A stretch of 63,336 nt of DNA, filler included, from Coriobacteriales bacterium (GTDB taxonomy: Bacteria; Actinomycetota; Coriobacteriia; Coriobacteriales; UBA8131), in the NCBI GenBank assembly GCA_031263105.1. It is 6 parts of 6 records of this genome, joined end to end, with 100 filler letters (N's around TTAATTAATTAA, not from the genome) between each part and the next. Parts side by side here need not be neighbours in the genome. Positions count along the whole stretch, not along the records: positions 21,596 to 30,834 come from JAISGJ010000116.1; positions 30,935 to 49,288 come from JAISGJ010000121.1; 4 more parts are not named here. One strand, 5' to 3'. Position 1 is the stretch's first letter. Each line of letters starts with the position of its first letter. The notes under the pieces are model-generated. The model did no database searches. It had not been told where the DNA came from and saw only the letters and a list, made by a program, of their open reading frames with translations. This document shows positions 28,337 to 38,469 of the stretch, piece after piece. A program made the position numbers and the translations under genes.

Positions 28337-29154
28337 ACGCCTACGCGCCAACGAACCTGCAGGGCGCGCTCGACGCGCTCTCGTCCGAGCGCCTCATACC
28401 CTATGCGGGCGGCACGGACCTCATGGTGAAGGAGCGGCATGCGGCCCCCTTCCTGTTCCTCAACCGCATAGAGGAGCTCAGGCGCCTTACGGAGGACGCC
28501 GAGCACCTCCGCATCGGCGCGGCGCTGACGTACCGGGAGCTCCTTCGGCACCCCCTCGCGCCGCCCATCCTCAAGGAGGCCGTATCCTCCATCGCCGCCC
28601 CGGCGGTCCGCAACACCGGCACGCTCGGCGGCAACGTCGCGAACGCCAGCCCCAAGGGCGACGGTGCGCTCGTCTGCTTCGTGGCCGACTCGCTCGTCAG
28701 GCTCGTCGGCGCGGGCGGCGCGGAGCGCGTGCTGCCCATCGCGGAGTTCTACGAGGGGCGCGGCAGGACCGTGCTGAGGCCTGACGAGCTGCTTGTCGAG
28801 ATACTGATGCCCAAACGCTGGCTTGCGGGCTACCGCTACTGCAAGGTGGGCGCGCGCAAGGCCCTGGCCATCTCACGGGTCAGCTTCGCGGGCCTCTACG
28901 CCGCCGAGGACGGCGTCGTCGCGCATGTGGCGATGGCCTTCGGTGCCGTCGAGGACGTCGTGGTCCGCAGGCCGGAGCTGGACCGCCTGCTCGTCGGCAG
29001 GACCTTGGACGAGGCGCGCGCCCTCAAGGAGGAGGTCCTTGCGGCCTGGGACAAGGCGCTCGTGCCCCTCAAGGGCAGGGTCCCGGCCGAGTACCGCAAG
29101 CGCGTCTGCCTCAACCTTGCCCGGGACTTCCTGGAAGGCAGCCTGGGGACGTAG
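28330..29154 (+). CDS. Xanthine dehydrogenase-family FAD subunit
   Basis: AGGTDL, VRNTGTLGGNVANASP. Confidence 0.93.
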   Translation: MVNAYAPTNLQGALDALSSERLIPYAGGTDLMVKERHAAPFLFLNRIEELRRLTEDAEHLRIGAALTYRELLRHPLAPPILKEAVSSIAAPAVRNTGTLGGNVANASPKGDGALVCFVADSLVRLVGAGGAERVLPIAEFYEGRGRTVLRPDELLVEILMPKRWLAGYRYCKVGARKALAISRVSFAGLYAAEDGVVAHVAMAFGAVEDVVVRRPELDRLLVGRTLDEARALKEEVLAAWDKALVPLKGRVPAEYRKRVCLNLARDFLEGSLGT

Positions 29155-29237
29155 GAACAGGGCGGCCTCGGGAATCGGCGCTTTCCCTTGGCGCCTCACT
29201 GACGCTTCACCGATGCTTCCCACACGGAGAGGAGCCC

Positions 29238-30551
29238 ATGGTGTCGGCAGAATGCTTCGCCCTCCGGGGCGACATCGTCCAAAGCGCGGACGTACAGACG
29301 CTCGCCTGCGTCGAGGACGGCTACGCCGTCTGCGAGAAGGGACGCAGCCTCGGCGTGTTCCCGCAGCTTCCCGGGCACCTGGAGCAGGTGGAGGTCCGCG
29401 ACTTCCGTGGGCACCTCGTCATCCCGGGCCTCGTCGATCTGCACACCCATGCCCCCCAGTTCGCCTGCCGTGGCATGGGCATGGATCTGGAGCTGCTGGA
29501 CTGGCTCGACGCCTATACCTTTCCCGAGGAGGCACGCTACCTCGATCTCGACTACGCCGCGCGCGCCTACCGCTCGTTCGCAGACGAGATGGTCAAAGGC
29601 GCCACCACCCGGGCGCTCGTCTTTGCCACCGTCCACTTGCCGGCCACCCTGCTGCTGATGGACCTGCTGGAGCAAAGCGGCCTTGTCACGATGGTGGGCA
29701 AGGTGAACATGGACCGCAACGCCCCCGACGCGCTCAGGGAGCCCAGCGCCCAGGCCTCGCTCGACGCGACGCAGGAGTGGCTTGCGTCCGTGCGGGAGAG
29801 GGCGTACTCCCGCACCTTCCCCATACTCACGCCCCGCTTCGTCCCCTCCTGCAGCGACGGGCTGCTGGCCGGCCTTTCGGCCCTGCAGAGGGAGTCCGCG
29901 CTGCCGGTGCAGAGCCACCTCTCGGAGAACCGCTCCGAGGTCGCCTGGGTGCGCCGCCTGCGCCCCGATGCCGCCGGCTACGCCGAGGCGTACCTGAACT
30001 CCGGCCTTCTCGGCGGCCCGTGCTGCCCCACCGTCATGGCCCACTGCGTGCACTCCGACCCAAGGGAGGCGTCGCTGCTCCTTGAGCGCGGCGTCTGGGT
30101 CGCCCACTGCCCCGTCTCCAACACCTGCCTCTCCAGCGGCGTCGCGCCTGTGCGGGCCTTTCTGGACAAGGGCCTGCGGATAGGCCTTGGCACGGACGTC
30201 GCGGGCGGCTACAGCCCCTCGATACTCCATGCGGTCGCCGAGGCCGTCAAGGCATCCAAGCTGCGCTGGCGCCTTGAGGACGAGGCCCTGGCCCCGTTGA
30301 CCCTCGCCGAGGCGTTCTGCCTCGCCACGCGCGGCGGCGGCTCGTTCTTCGGGCGTGCAGGCGCCTTCGACGAGGGATTCGACTTCGACGCGGTGGTCCT
30401 GCGCGACGACCCGCCGCCTTGTGGCGAAAAGATCGGCTTGGAGGCGAGGCTGGAGCGTCTCGTCTACACCGGCGCTGACAGCCTGGCGGTGGACAAGTAC
30501 GTGGCAGGCAGGCGCATCCCCCTCCCCCAGGCCGCCGCCGATGCCTCTTGA
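29238..30551 (+). CDS. guaD: Guanine deaminase (amidohydrolase superfamily)
   Basis: PGLVDLHTHAPQ, WLDAYTFPEE, TPRFVPSCS, QSHLSEN, HCPVSN, GLGTDVAGG. Confidence 0.9.
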   Translation: MVSAECFALRGDIVQSADVQTLACVEDGYAVCEKGRSLGVFPQLPGHLEQVEVRDFRGHLVIPGLVDLHTHAPQFACRGMGMDLELLDWLDAYTFPEEARYLDLDYAARAYRSFADEMVKGATTRALVFATVHLPATLLLMDLLEQSGLVTMVGKVNMDRNAPDALREPSAQASLDATQEWLASVRERAYSRTFPILTPRFVPSCSDGLLAGLSALQRESALPVQSHLSENRSEVAWVRRLRPDAAGYAEAYLNSGLLGGPCCPTVMAHCVHSDPREASLLLERGVWVAHCPVSNTCLSSGVAPVRAFLDKGLRIGLGTDVAGGYSPSILHAVAEAVKASKLRWRLEDEALAPLTLAEAFCLATRGGGSFFGRAGAFDEGFDFDAVVLRDDPPPCGEKIGLEARLERLVYTGADSLAVDKYVAGRRIPLPQAAADAS

Positions 30552-30552
30552 A

Positions 30553-30834
30553 GTCACTGGCCACACCCCCACTGTCATTCCGAGCCCCACTGCCGCCCCG
30601 AGCCCCACTGCCGCCCCGGCCCCCACTGCCGTCCCGGCCCCCACTGCCATCCCGCGCCTGCCGTGGGATCCTCGGCCGCGCCAGCGGCCGACCGCAGGCC
30701 GAAGGGCCCCCCGACCTGCCGTTGGACACTGCGTGTCCAAGGATTCCTCGGCGGAGCTCGGAATGACAGTGGGGCTCGGGGCGGCAGTGGGGGCTCGGGG
30801 CGGCAGTGGGAGGCCGGGGCGGCAGTGGGAGGCC
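30553..30834. mobile_element. Palindromic element copy 7 with tandem 18-bp units in both arms, cut by contig end
   Basis: GTCACTGGCCACACCCCC start; three-hairpin core; CCCCACTGCCGCCCCGAG-type repeats. Confidence 0.85.
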
Positions 30835-30934
30835 NNNNNNNNNNNNNNNNNNNNNNNNNNNNNNNNNNNNNNNNNNNNTTAATTAATTAANNNNNNNNNN
30901 NNNNNNNNNNNNNNNNNNNNNNNNNNNNNNNNNN
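30835..30934. other. Artificial contig spacer
   Basis: N44-TTAATTAATTAA-N44. Confidence 0.99.
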
Positions 30935-31112
30935 CGCGCGGTGTCGCTGGGGGGGGGGGGCGCCCCCGGCCGGTCGGGGGCCGGCGGTGGGCCGGGGGGG
31001 GGGGGCCGCCACGGACGTGTGTTCGGAAGCACAGGCCGTCTCGTACGCAGGGCCCGGGCTACTTCGCGTAGTCCGGGCCCTGTCAAAGCTCTGCGTATGT
31101 CTGGGGAAGCGC

Positions 31113-32471
31113 TTACTCCTCCTGGACAGAGGCGTCCGCGTCGCCGCCTTTCTCGAACTTCTTGAAGTCGACGGGCTTGGGGAGCTCGATGCCGCGCAGC
31201 TTGTTCAGGGCGATCATCAGATGGTAGAGGATCAGGGCCATGACCGACGCGACCGCGATCGGGCCGATGATGATGTCGGTCGGGAGAAGCTCGGCACCGA
31301 CGCCGAGGCCGGCCGAGCCGACGAACAGGGTGAAGCTGGCAATGCCCATGACCAGCGGCACCGCACCCGTCACCATGTTGACGTTATTGGAGAAGTCCAC
31401 CTTGTTCTCGACCCAGATACGCACACCCAGCATGCCGATCATGCCGTACAGCAGTATGCAGACGCCGCCGAGCACGCCGCCGGGAATCAGGAAGATGGCA
31501 GCACCGAACTTGGGGCAGAGGGAGAGCACCAGGGCGCCCGCGCCGGCCACCCAGTAGGCCGCCGTCGAGTACACGCGCGTCGCAGCCATGACGCCGATGT
31601 TCTCGGCATAGGTGGTGGTACCGGAACCGCCGCCGAAGCCGGCGATGGTGGTGCCTATGCCATCGGAGAAGAGCGCGCGGCCCATGGACTTGTCGAGGTT
31701 CTTGCCCGTCATGGTCGCCACCGACTTGACGTGGCCGATGTTCTCGGCCACCAGCACCAGCACGACCGGCAGGAACATCAGAAGCACGCTGAAGTCCGCC
31801 TCCGGCAGATGGAAGGTGGGCAGGCCGATCCATGCGGCCTCCGCGACCGACTCGAAGGTGATCTCGCCCGTGATCCCGGCGACGGCGTAGCCCACGACGA
31901 CGCCGATGAGGATGGAGAGGCGCCCGATGATCCCCTTGGAGAGCGCCTGGACCAAAACGATGGTCACGAAGGTCACCGTTGCCAAGAACGGCTGGGCGAT
32001 GAAGTTCGAATAGGCCGTCGGCGCCAGGTTGAAGCCGATGAGCGCCACGATGACGCCGGTGACGACAGGCGGCATCAGCTTGTTGATCCAGCCGACCCCT
32101 GCCCTCATGACGATCAGGCCGATGACCGCCAGCAGCACACCGGTGCAGACGATGCCGAAGAGGGCCGCTCCCATGCTGCCGGAGCTGGCGGCGACAACAG
32201 GGGAGATGAACGCGAAGGACGAGCCGAGGTAACTCGGAACCTTGTTGCGGGTGATCAAGAGGAAGAGCATGGTCGAGACGGCCGAGAAGAACAGCGTCGT
32301 CGTTGGCGGGAAGCCGGTCAGCACCGGCACCAGGAAGGTCGCGCCAAACATTGCGACAATGTGCTGTAGGCCGATCCCGACGGTGCGTGGCCATGTCAGG
32401 CGTTCGTCTGGCGCGATCACTTCCCTCGCATCCAGGTTCTTGCCGTCTCCGTGCAGTTTCCACAATGCCAT
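31113..32471 (-). CDS. NCS2/NAT nucleobase permease, UraA (uracil)-type
   Basis: GLQHIVAMFG, YLGSSFAFI, AENIGH, TTTYAENIGV. Confidence 0.92.
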   Translation of the reverse strand: MALWKLHGDGKNLDAREVIAPDERLTWPRTVGIGLQHIVAMFGATFLVPVLTGFPPTTTLFFSAVSTMLFLLITRNKVPSYLGSSFAFISPVVAASSGSMGAALFGIVCTGVLLAVIGLIVMRAGVGWINKLMPPVVTGVIVALIGFNLAPTAYSNFIAQPFLATVTFVTIVLVQALSKGIIGRLSILIGVVVGYAVAGITGEITFESVAEAAWIGLPTFHLPEADFSVLLMFLPVVLVLVAENIGHVKSVATMTGKNLDKSMGRALFSDGIGTTIAGFGGGSGTTTYAENIGVMAATRVYSTAAYWVAGAGALVLSLCPKFGAAIFLIPGGVLGGVCILLYGMIGMLGVRIWVENKVDFSNNVNMVTGAVPLVMGIASFTLFVGSAGLGVGAELLPTDIIIGPIAVASVMALILYHLMIALNKLRGIELPKPVDFKKFEKGGDADASVQEE

Positions 32472-32775
32472 TATCCGCTCCTATCTAAACGATTTCCAAC
32501 AGACGCACCCGACGCTCGTCGTCGGGCGCGGTGGCCGCATTCGCTCGCATGCGCTCGCATTCGCTCTGCAACGCCCGTGCGAACAGGAACCGGCGCTCAC
32601 CTGCCTGCCTGTCTGCCTACCTGTCCACCTGTCTGCCTCCCTCCTGTGCTGAGATCTTCGTCGTTCTCCATCGTAGGCAGCATCTCAGCCTCTGTGTCTC
32701 AAACGTCTCGGTTTCAGTTTAAGGGAGACGACGAGCACTCATCGTCTCCCAAGAACGGCATAGCGGCGGTCCGCT

Positions 32776-32890
32776 GTTCACGTCCTGCGGTCGGCTGCTT
32801 CGCAGCCGAAGATCCCTCGGCTGCGGGGCTTCGCCCCGGAGTTTACCCTGAGCGCAGCCGAAGGGCTCGGACAGGGTGTGAGCAGCGGTC
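32776..32890. repeat. Degenerate/partial palindromic element copy 8
   Basis: TCGGCTGC-TTC-GCAGCCGA hairpin, GATCCCTCGGC, GGGGCTTCGCCCC, GCTCGGACAGGGTGTGAGCAG. Confidence 0.65.
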
Positions 32891-32891
32891 C

Positions 32892-33830
32892 TCATGCTGT
32901 CACCAAGGTGCCTGTTCGCCCTTCGATGCCGTCAAGGGCATGCTCCAGCGAGGTGATGAGCGCCTTGCGCTCGGGGTGCGCGCGCACAAAGCGCATCGCC
33001 GCCTGCACCTTGGGAAGCATGCTGCCCGGCGCAAACTGGCCTTCCGCACAATATGCCTCGGCCTCCTCCAGGCTCAAGCGGCTCAACCAGCGCTCCGTCG
33101 GCTTCCCGAAGTCGATGGCGACCCGCTCCACGACCGTCAGGATCATGAAGGTGCTCGCGTCCACGCTCTCGGCCAGAAGCTCGCCGGCGGAGTCCTTGTC
33201 GATGACCGCCTCCCAAGGCAAGAGCCCCGCGCCGTCGCGGACGACCGGCAGGCCGCCGCCGCCGCAGGCGACGACGACATGCCCGCACTCGACCATCGAG
33301 CGGATGACCTCTATCTCGATGATCTCGAGGGGCTCCGGGCTGGCAACCACGCGCCGCCAGCCGCGACCGGCGTCCTGGCGCAGCGTGATGGAGGGGTCGG
33401 CCTGCATGATGGCCTCCGCCTCCTCCTGCGTATAGAAGCTGCCGATGGGCTTGACGGGGTTCTTGAAGGCCGGGTCGTCGGGATCCACCAGCACCTGGGT
33501 GACGATGCTCGCGGCCACCTTGTCGATCGAGCGCTGGCGCAGCTCGCGATAGAGCGCCTTTTGGATACCGAACCCGATGTATCCCTGGCTCATCGCCCCA
33601 TCGGTGGACAGCGGCATGGCATCGACGGTGTCGACCGTGTGGCTTGCGGCCTCGAACGCCAGGTCGATCATGCCCACCTGGGGGCCGTTGCCGTGGCAGA
33701 TGACCACCTCGTGCCCCGCCTCTATCAGGTCGGCTATGGGGACGGCCGCAGCCGCCACGGCCAGACGCTGTTCGATCAGGTTGTTGCCGAGCGCGTTTCC
33801 GCCCAAGGCCAATACAATTCGTTCGGACAT
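32892..33830 (-). CDS. arcC: Carbamate kinase
   Basis: IVLALGGNAL, HGNGPQVG, GWRRVVASP, AVIDKD, GSMLPKV. Confidence 0.96.
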   Translation of the reverse strand: MSERIVLALGGNALGNNLIEQRLAVAAAAVPIADLIEAGHEVVICHGNGPQVGMIDLAFEAASHTVDTVDAMPLSTDGAMSQGYIGFGIQKALYRELRQRSIDKVAASIVTQVLVDPDDPAFKNPVKPIGSFYTQEEAEAIMQADPSITLRQDAGRGWRRVVASPEPLEIIEIEVIRSMVECGHVVVACGGGGLPVVRDGAGLLPWEAVIDKDSAGELLAESVDASTFMILTVVERVAIDFGKPTERWLSRLSLEEAEAYCAEGQFAPGSMLPKVQAAMRFVRAHPERKALITSLEHALDGIEGRTGTLVTA

Positions 33831-33837
33831 GGTTCTC

Positions 33838-36216
33838 CTACCGCCCGTGTGTCTGTTCTTGCAGTTTACCCCATACCCGGTCGGCCGAGAGCGGAAGATC
33901 GAAGAACTCTGCGCCGACCGCGTTCGCCAAGGCGTTGGCCACCGTTGCGGTCACTGCTATCAGGGGATGCTCCCCCGCTCCACGCGCCCCGTAAGGCCCG
34001 TCCAGCTGCGGGGTCTCGACCACATCGGTGTACATCTTCCGGGGCATGTCCTGGAACGTGGGTATCTTGTAGTCGGTGAAATTGCGCGTCAGTATCCTGC
34101 CTTGGTCGTCGTGCTTGATGACCTCTGAGAAGGTGCAGCCCAAGCCCTGCAAGGCACCGCCGACGATCTGGCCGTGCAGCAGCTCCTCGTTCATGACCCT
34201 CCCGGCGTCGAGCACCGTGGCCATCTGCAACACGTCGATGTCGCCGGTCGCGCAGTCCACCTCGATCTCCACCGCATGGGCGCCATAGGTCCAATCCAGG
34301 GCCGCCTTGCCCTGACCGGTGTACTGGTCCAGGTTGGAGAGTCCCTGCGCGATGGCCTTTCCACGTCCGATCAGGGGCCCGCCGATGGCATTGCCGTTGT
34401 CGTAGACATAGCCCATGGCCAGCTTGCTGAACGGGATGGAAAGATGCGGGTTCTGACGCACATAGACCATGCCGTCCTTGAACTCGACCTCGTGTTCCGA
34501 GGCGCGCAGCGCAATCGATCCCACCTCCTTGATCTGCTTGATCAGGTCGTCGCAGGCATCCATGACCGCCATGCCGCAGATGGAGGTCATGCGGCTTGCC
34601 ACCGTCTGCCAGTCGTAGGGCGAGAGCGGCGTGGAGATGCTCTGGTTGATGTAGACGTCCTCGATGGGCATGTCCAGGCGCTCGGCAGCGATCTGCCGAA
34701 GGACCGTATAGGTGCCCTGGCCGTAGTCGACGCCGCTCGCCGAGATGCGGACCGTGCCGTCCTCGTTCATCTGCACGAGGGCGCTCGAGGCGGACCAGGT
34801 CGGCATTGCGGGGGCTTTCTGCAGGACCGCTGCCGCCTTGCCACGGAACTTGCCCGTGGCGGCCATCTGCCTCTTCTCCTCGTCCGAGTACGGGGCCTGA
34901 ACGCCCACGAGCTCGATGGCGCGCAGCAGGCACTTGTTGGGACTGCCGGTGTTGACGGTGATGAGCTCGCCGGTGATGGTCTCGTCGCCCGGATACAGCA
35001 GGTTCATCAGACGGAAGTCCGTGGGGTCCATGCCCAGCTCCTTGGCCATGAGGTCGCGCTGGCGCTCCACGGCGAAGAAGACCTCGGCATGGCCGAAGCC
35101 GCGATAGGCGGTGCCGAAGAGATGGTTGGTGTACACCGTCTTGGCGTCGACGCAGATGTTGGGGATGCTGTAGGGGCCGCAGGCGCTCGTTGCGGAGGCG
35201 CGCCCGATATTGACCCCGTAGTCCGCGTAGGCGCCGGCGTCCCACAGTATCTCGACCTGCTCGGCCACTATCTTGCCGTCCTTCGTGCACCCGGTCTTGA
35301 TCCTGCAGAACTGCCCCTGCCTGCAGGGCAGGGTCTGGCACTCCTCCTCGCGCGTCGGCTCCAGCTTGACCGGCCTGCCGCCGGCGGCCTTGGAGAGCAG
35401 GGCGACCAGCGGCTCCAGGTGGATGCCCGCCTTGCCGCCGAACCCGCCGCCGACAAAGGGGATGTTGACCTCGATGTTGGCCCTCGGGATCTCGAATGCT
35501 ATGGAGAAGAGGTCCCGCACCGAGAAGGGCGACTGGCAGCTGCTCCAGATCTTGATGTGGTCGCCCACGCTCCACTGCACGATGGTGACATGCGTCTCGA
35601 TGGGCACATGCATGACCTGGTTCTGCACAAAGGTGTTCTCTATGACAAGGTCTGCCTGCTTGAAGCCCGCCTCCAGGTCGCCACGGCGTATGCGCGTGTG
35701 GTTGGCGATGTTCGTGCCCGGCTCCGGGAAGAAGACGCCCACGCTATGGGCATAGGTCCCCAGATGGGGATGCAGGAGCATCGCCTCCGGCTTGACCGCG
35801 TCCCGCACATCGTTCAAGACGGGGAGCGGCTCGTACTCCACCTCGATGAGGCCCACGGCCTGTTGGGCGATCTCTGCCGTGTCGGCGGCGACCGCAGCCA
35901 CGATCTCTCCCTGGTAGCGCACCGTGTCGGTGGCGATGACGCTCTTGTCCTGCATGTAGATGCCGACCTTGACCGAGCCGTGCTCGCCGGTGATGACGGC
36001 ACGCACGCCGGGAAGCGCCTCGGCGGCCCTGGTGTCTATGCTGAGGATGCGGGCATGGGCGTAGGGGCTGGTCTTGACCTTGGCATGGAGCATGCCGGCG
36101 AGGACGATGTCCCCGGCGTACTTTGCGGTGCCCGTGACCTTCTCCGGGCCGTCGTCGCGCTTGACCGGTTTGCCGATATACCTGAACTCCTGGGCAGCAG
36201 CGGCGTGTTCGCTCAT
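33838..36216 (-). CDS. Xanthine dehydrogenase-family Mo-binding subunit
   Basis: GGGFGGK, AYRGFG, DYGQG, GPYGARGAGE. Confidence 0.95.
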   Translation of the reverse strand: MSEHAAAAQEFRYIGKPVKRDDGPEKVTGTAKYAGDIVLAGMLHAKVKTSPYAHARILSIDTRAAEALPGVRAVITGEHGSVKVGIYMQDKSVIATDTVRYQGEIVAAVAADTAEIAQQAVGLIEVEYEPLPVLNDVRDAVKPEAMLLHPHLGTYAHSVGVFFPEPGTNIANHTRIRRGDLEAGFKQADLVIENTFVQNQVMHVPIETHVTIVQWSVGDHIKIWSSCQSPFSVRDLFSIAFEIPRANIEVNIPFVGGGFGGKAGIHLEPLVALLSKAAGGRPVKLEPTREEECQTLPCRQGQFCRIKTGCTKDGKIVAEQVEILWDAGAYADYGVNIGRASATSACGPYSIPNICVDAKTVYTNHLFGTAYRGFGHAEVFFAVERQRDLMAKELGMDPTDFRLMNLLYPGDETITGELITVNTGSPNKCLLRAIELVGVQAPYSDEEKRQMAATGKFRGKAAAVLQKAPAMPTWSASSALVQMNEDGTVRISASGVDYGQGTYTVLRQIAAERLDMPIEDVYINQSISTPLSPYDWQTVASRMTSICGMAVMDACDDLIKQIKEVGSIALRASEHEVEFKDGMVYVRQNPHLSIPFSKLAMGYVYDNGNAIGGPLIGRGKAIAQGLSNLDQYTGQGKAALDWTYGAHAVEIEVDCATGDIDVLQMATVLDAGRVMNEELLHGQIVGGALQGLGCTFSEVIKHDDQGRILTRNFTDYKIPTFQDMPRKMYTDVVETPQLDGPYGARGAGEHPLIAVTATVANALANAVGAEFFDLPLSADRVWGKLQEQTHGR

Positions 36217-36683
36217 ATTCTGTTCGCCCCCAAAGACTCGATGGCGGCGATGATGCTCTCATAGCCGGTGCAGCGGCAGAGGTTGCCCTCCATCGCCTCT
36301 TTTATCTCGCTGCGGCTCGGACTGGGGTTTACCTCCAGAAGCGCACGCGCCGACATGATCATGCCCGGCGTGCAGAAGCCGCATTGGAAGGCATTGTGCT
36401 TGATGAATGCCTCCTGCAGGTCGGAAAGCCTGCCGTCCTGACACTCGCTCTCTATGGTGCGGACCTTGGCGCCTTCGCATTCGAGCGCCAAGACCATGCA
36501 GCTGTTGACCGGCCGGCTGTTCAGGATGACGGTGCAGGCGCCGCACTCCCCTGCCTCGCAGCCTCCCTTGGTCCCGGTAAGGCCGAGCTCCTCACGCAGG
36601 AGCGTGAGCAGGGTGGCGTTCTCGGAGACGAAGACGTGGTATTCCTGGCCATTGACCACAAGGCCGATGGGCTTCTTGCTCAT
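36213..36683 (-). CDS. Xanthine dehydrogenase-family 2Fe-2S subunit
   Basis: GCEAGECGAC, QCGFCTPG, GNLCRCTGY. Confidence 0.95.
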   Translation of the reverse strand: MSKKPIGLVVNGQEYHVFVSENATLLTLLREELGLTGTKGGCEAGECGACTVILNSRPVNSCMVLALECEGAKVRTIESECQDGRLSDLQEAFIKHNAFQCGFCTPGMIMSARALLEVNPSPSRSEIKEAMEGNLCRCTGYESIIAAIESLGANRI

Positions 36684-37516
36684 CGTTGCACCTCCGTTCC
36701 CGTGGCGAACGCATCGATGATGCGCTCGGTGAAGAGCTTGACCATGGCGATGCGGTACTCCTTGCTGGCGCGGACGTCGCTGATGGGCTTGGCCGCCGAG
36801 GCCGCCTCGGCGACTATCTCGTCCCTGCGACGGGCAAGCTCGTCGGGGCCGAGCGTCCCGAAGCCGTCCAACAAAAGCGGCGTTATGGCAACGGCCCCCA
36901 AGGAGAGACGGAGGCTGCCGTCGATGCCGTAGAAGCCGGCGACGCCCACCTGGGCCAGGTCGTGGCCACGGATACGGCGTTTCTTGAGATAGATCCCCCG
37001 TCCCTTGCTCACAGGGAACCTGACCTTCGTGACGAGCTCGTTGGCGTCGAGGGCATGCTTCTTGACGCCGACGAAGAAGTCCTTGAGCGCTATCTCGCGC
37101 CCTCCCTCGGGAGTGGCCGTCGTCAACGCGCCCTGCAACACCAGGGCCGCCGGGGCTATGTCGGCACCGGGCGAGGCGTTGCAGAGGTTGCCGACCAGCG
37201 TTGCGCGATTGCGCAAGAGGGAGTTGGCCAAGGTCGAGGCTGCTTCCTTGAGGAGGGTGCAGCCGTCCCCCACACAGCTTGAGGCGATGATCTCGTTAAA
37301 GGTCACGGCCGCCCCGATCTCAAGGTACTCGTTGTTGATCTCGATGCCCTGCAGCTCGGGCAGGGCCTTGACGTCCATGACGGCGGCGGGAGCGATCATC
37401 CCGTCGCGCAGTTGCACGATAAGGTCCGTGCCTCCTGCCAGGTATCTCGTATCACCCTCCTGGCCGAGAAGCTCGAAGGCCTCGGCAAGAGTGGTGGGAT
37501 GTACGTAGGTCGGCAT
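36680..37516 (-). CDS. Xanthine dehydrogenase-family FAD subunit
   Basis: LAGGTDL, RNRATLVGNLCNASP, PISDVRASKEYR. Confidence 0.95.
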   Translation of the reverse strand: MPTYVHPTTLAEAFELLGQEGDTRYLAGGTDLIVQLRDGMIAPAAVMDVKALPELQGIEINNEYLEIGAAVTFNEIIASSCVGDGCTLLKEAASTLANSLLRNRATLVGNLCNASPGADIAPAALVLQGALTTATPEGGREIALKDFFVGVKKHALDANELVTKVRFPVSKGRGIYLKKRRIRGHDLAQVGVAGFYGIDGSLRLSLGAVAITPLLLDGFGTLGPDELARRRDEIVAEAASAAKPISDVRASKEYRIAMVKLFTERIIDAFATGTEVQR

Positions 37517-37640
37517 GCGTTCGCCCTTTCCTTAATGACTCCTAAGACTCCTCCAAAACCCACTTCTTTATATCCAGAGAACGCCTTGGCCCGCGCACGG
37601 TGCGGCGCACAGTACCGCGCACGGGCCGGTCGTTGTGAGA

Positions 37641-38441
37641 TCAGACGTCGAAGCCGGTGAAGGCCACGATGCGGGCGAAGGCCGACTCGCCGTCCTTGAA
37701 CTTCCAAGGGAAGGCCCCGATGACGCAGCGCTTGTTGGAGAGCTCCTCGATCTGGCCGCCCAGGCATTCGGCATGGATGATCTCGCCATAGCGCTGCGGG
37801 AACATCTGGATGTGCATGGCCTGATAGGAGTCCGGCCAGTGGTAGACGTCGTCCAGGCCCTTGCCGTAACGCTTGCGGAAGAGCTCGTCGCACAGCTTGG
37901 CCTCGGCCGGCTCCCAGTCGCGGATCTTGGTGTTCATGGGGTGGTCGGCGCTGCCGCAGTCCACGCCGATCCAGGCGAACTTCATGTCGTGCGCCCAGTC
38001 GACGAAGTCCATGCTCGGGCCGGGATGGCGGAGCATGTAGCGGCGCTCGTTTGCCTCGGGCTCGGTCCAGCCGTACCTGTGGTAGCCGGTGTTGATGATG
38101 AGGATGTCGCCCTCTTTGACCTCGCAGCGCTTGGTTATGTCCTCCGGCGTATAGATGCCGAAGTCCTCCGCCTGGTCGCTCAGGTCGACGACGACGCCCG
38201 GGCGGCAGAGCTTGGTGAGCTCGAGCGAGGCGATGTCACGACCGGCGGTGTCGAAGTGAAGGGGGCCGTCCAGGTGCGTCCCCACATGGTTCGACGTGGT
38301 GACGAGCATGCCGTTGGCTCCGTTGGGGCTCAGGCGCTTGAAGAACTTGACCTGCAGCGGCTCATACGTGGGCCAGGGCGGCGTGCCTATCCCTGTGTCG
38401 ATCGACAGCTCGTACATCTTGATGTCATTCCAGTCAGCCAT
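37641..38441 (-). CDS. Cyclase-family (KynB-like) metal amidohydrolase
   Basis: HVGTHLDGPLH (HxGTHxDxPxH); GDILIINTG; IGVD; IIHAE. Confidence 0.9.
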   Translation of the reverse strand: MADWNDIKMYELSIDTGIGTPPWPTYEPLQVKFFKRLSPNGANGMLVTTSNHVGTHLDGPLHFDTAGRDIASLELTKLCRPGVVVDLSDQAEDFGIYTPEDITKRCEVKEGDILIINTGYHRYGWTEPEANERRYMLRHPGPSMDFVDWAHDMKFAWIGVDCGSADHPMNTKIRDWEPAEAKLCDELFRKRYGKGLDDVYHWPDSYQAMHIQMFPQRYGEIIHAECLGGQIEELSNKRCVIGAFPWKFKDGESAFARIVAFTGFDV

Positions 38442-38469
38442 TCGAATACCTCTCTTTCTTCATGTGCCT

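Noticed and set aside
30935..31010. Poly-G tracts as G-quadruplex or phase-variation tracts
   Set aside because: At a contig start and similar to the 51871-51912 junction; most likely a sequencing artefact.
33838..36216. Aerobic CO dehydrogenase (CoxL)
   Set aside because: Active-site loop is AYRGFG, not AYxCSFR.
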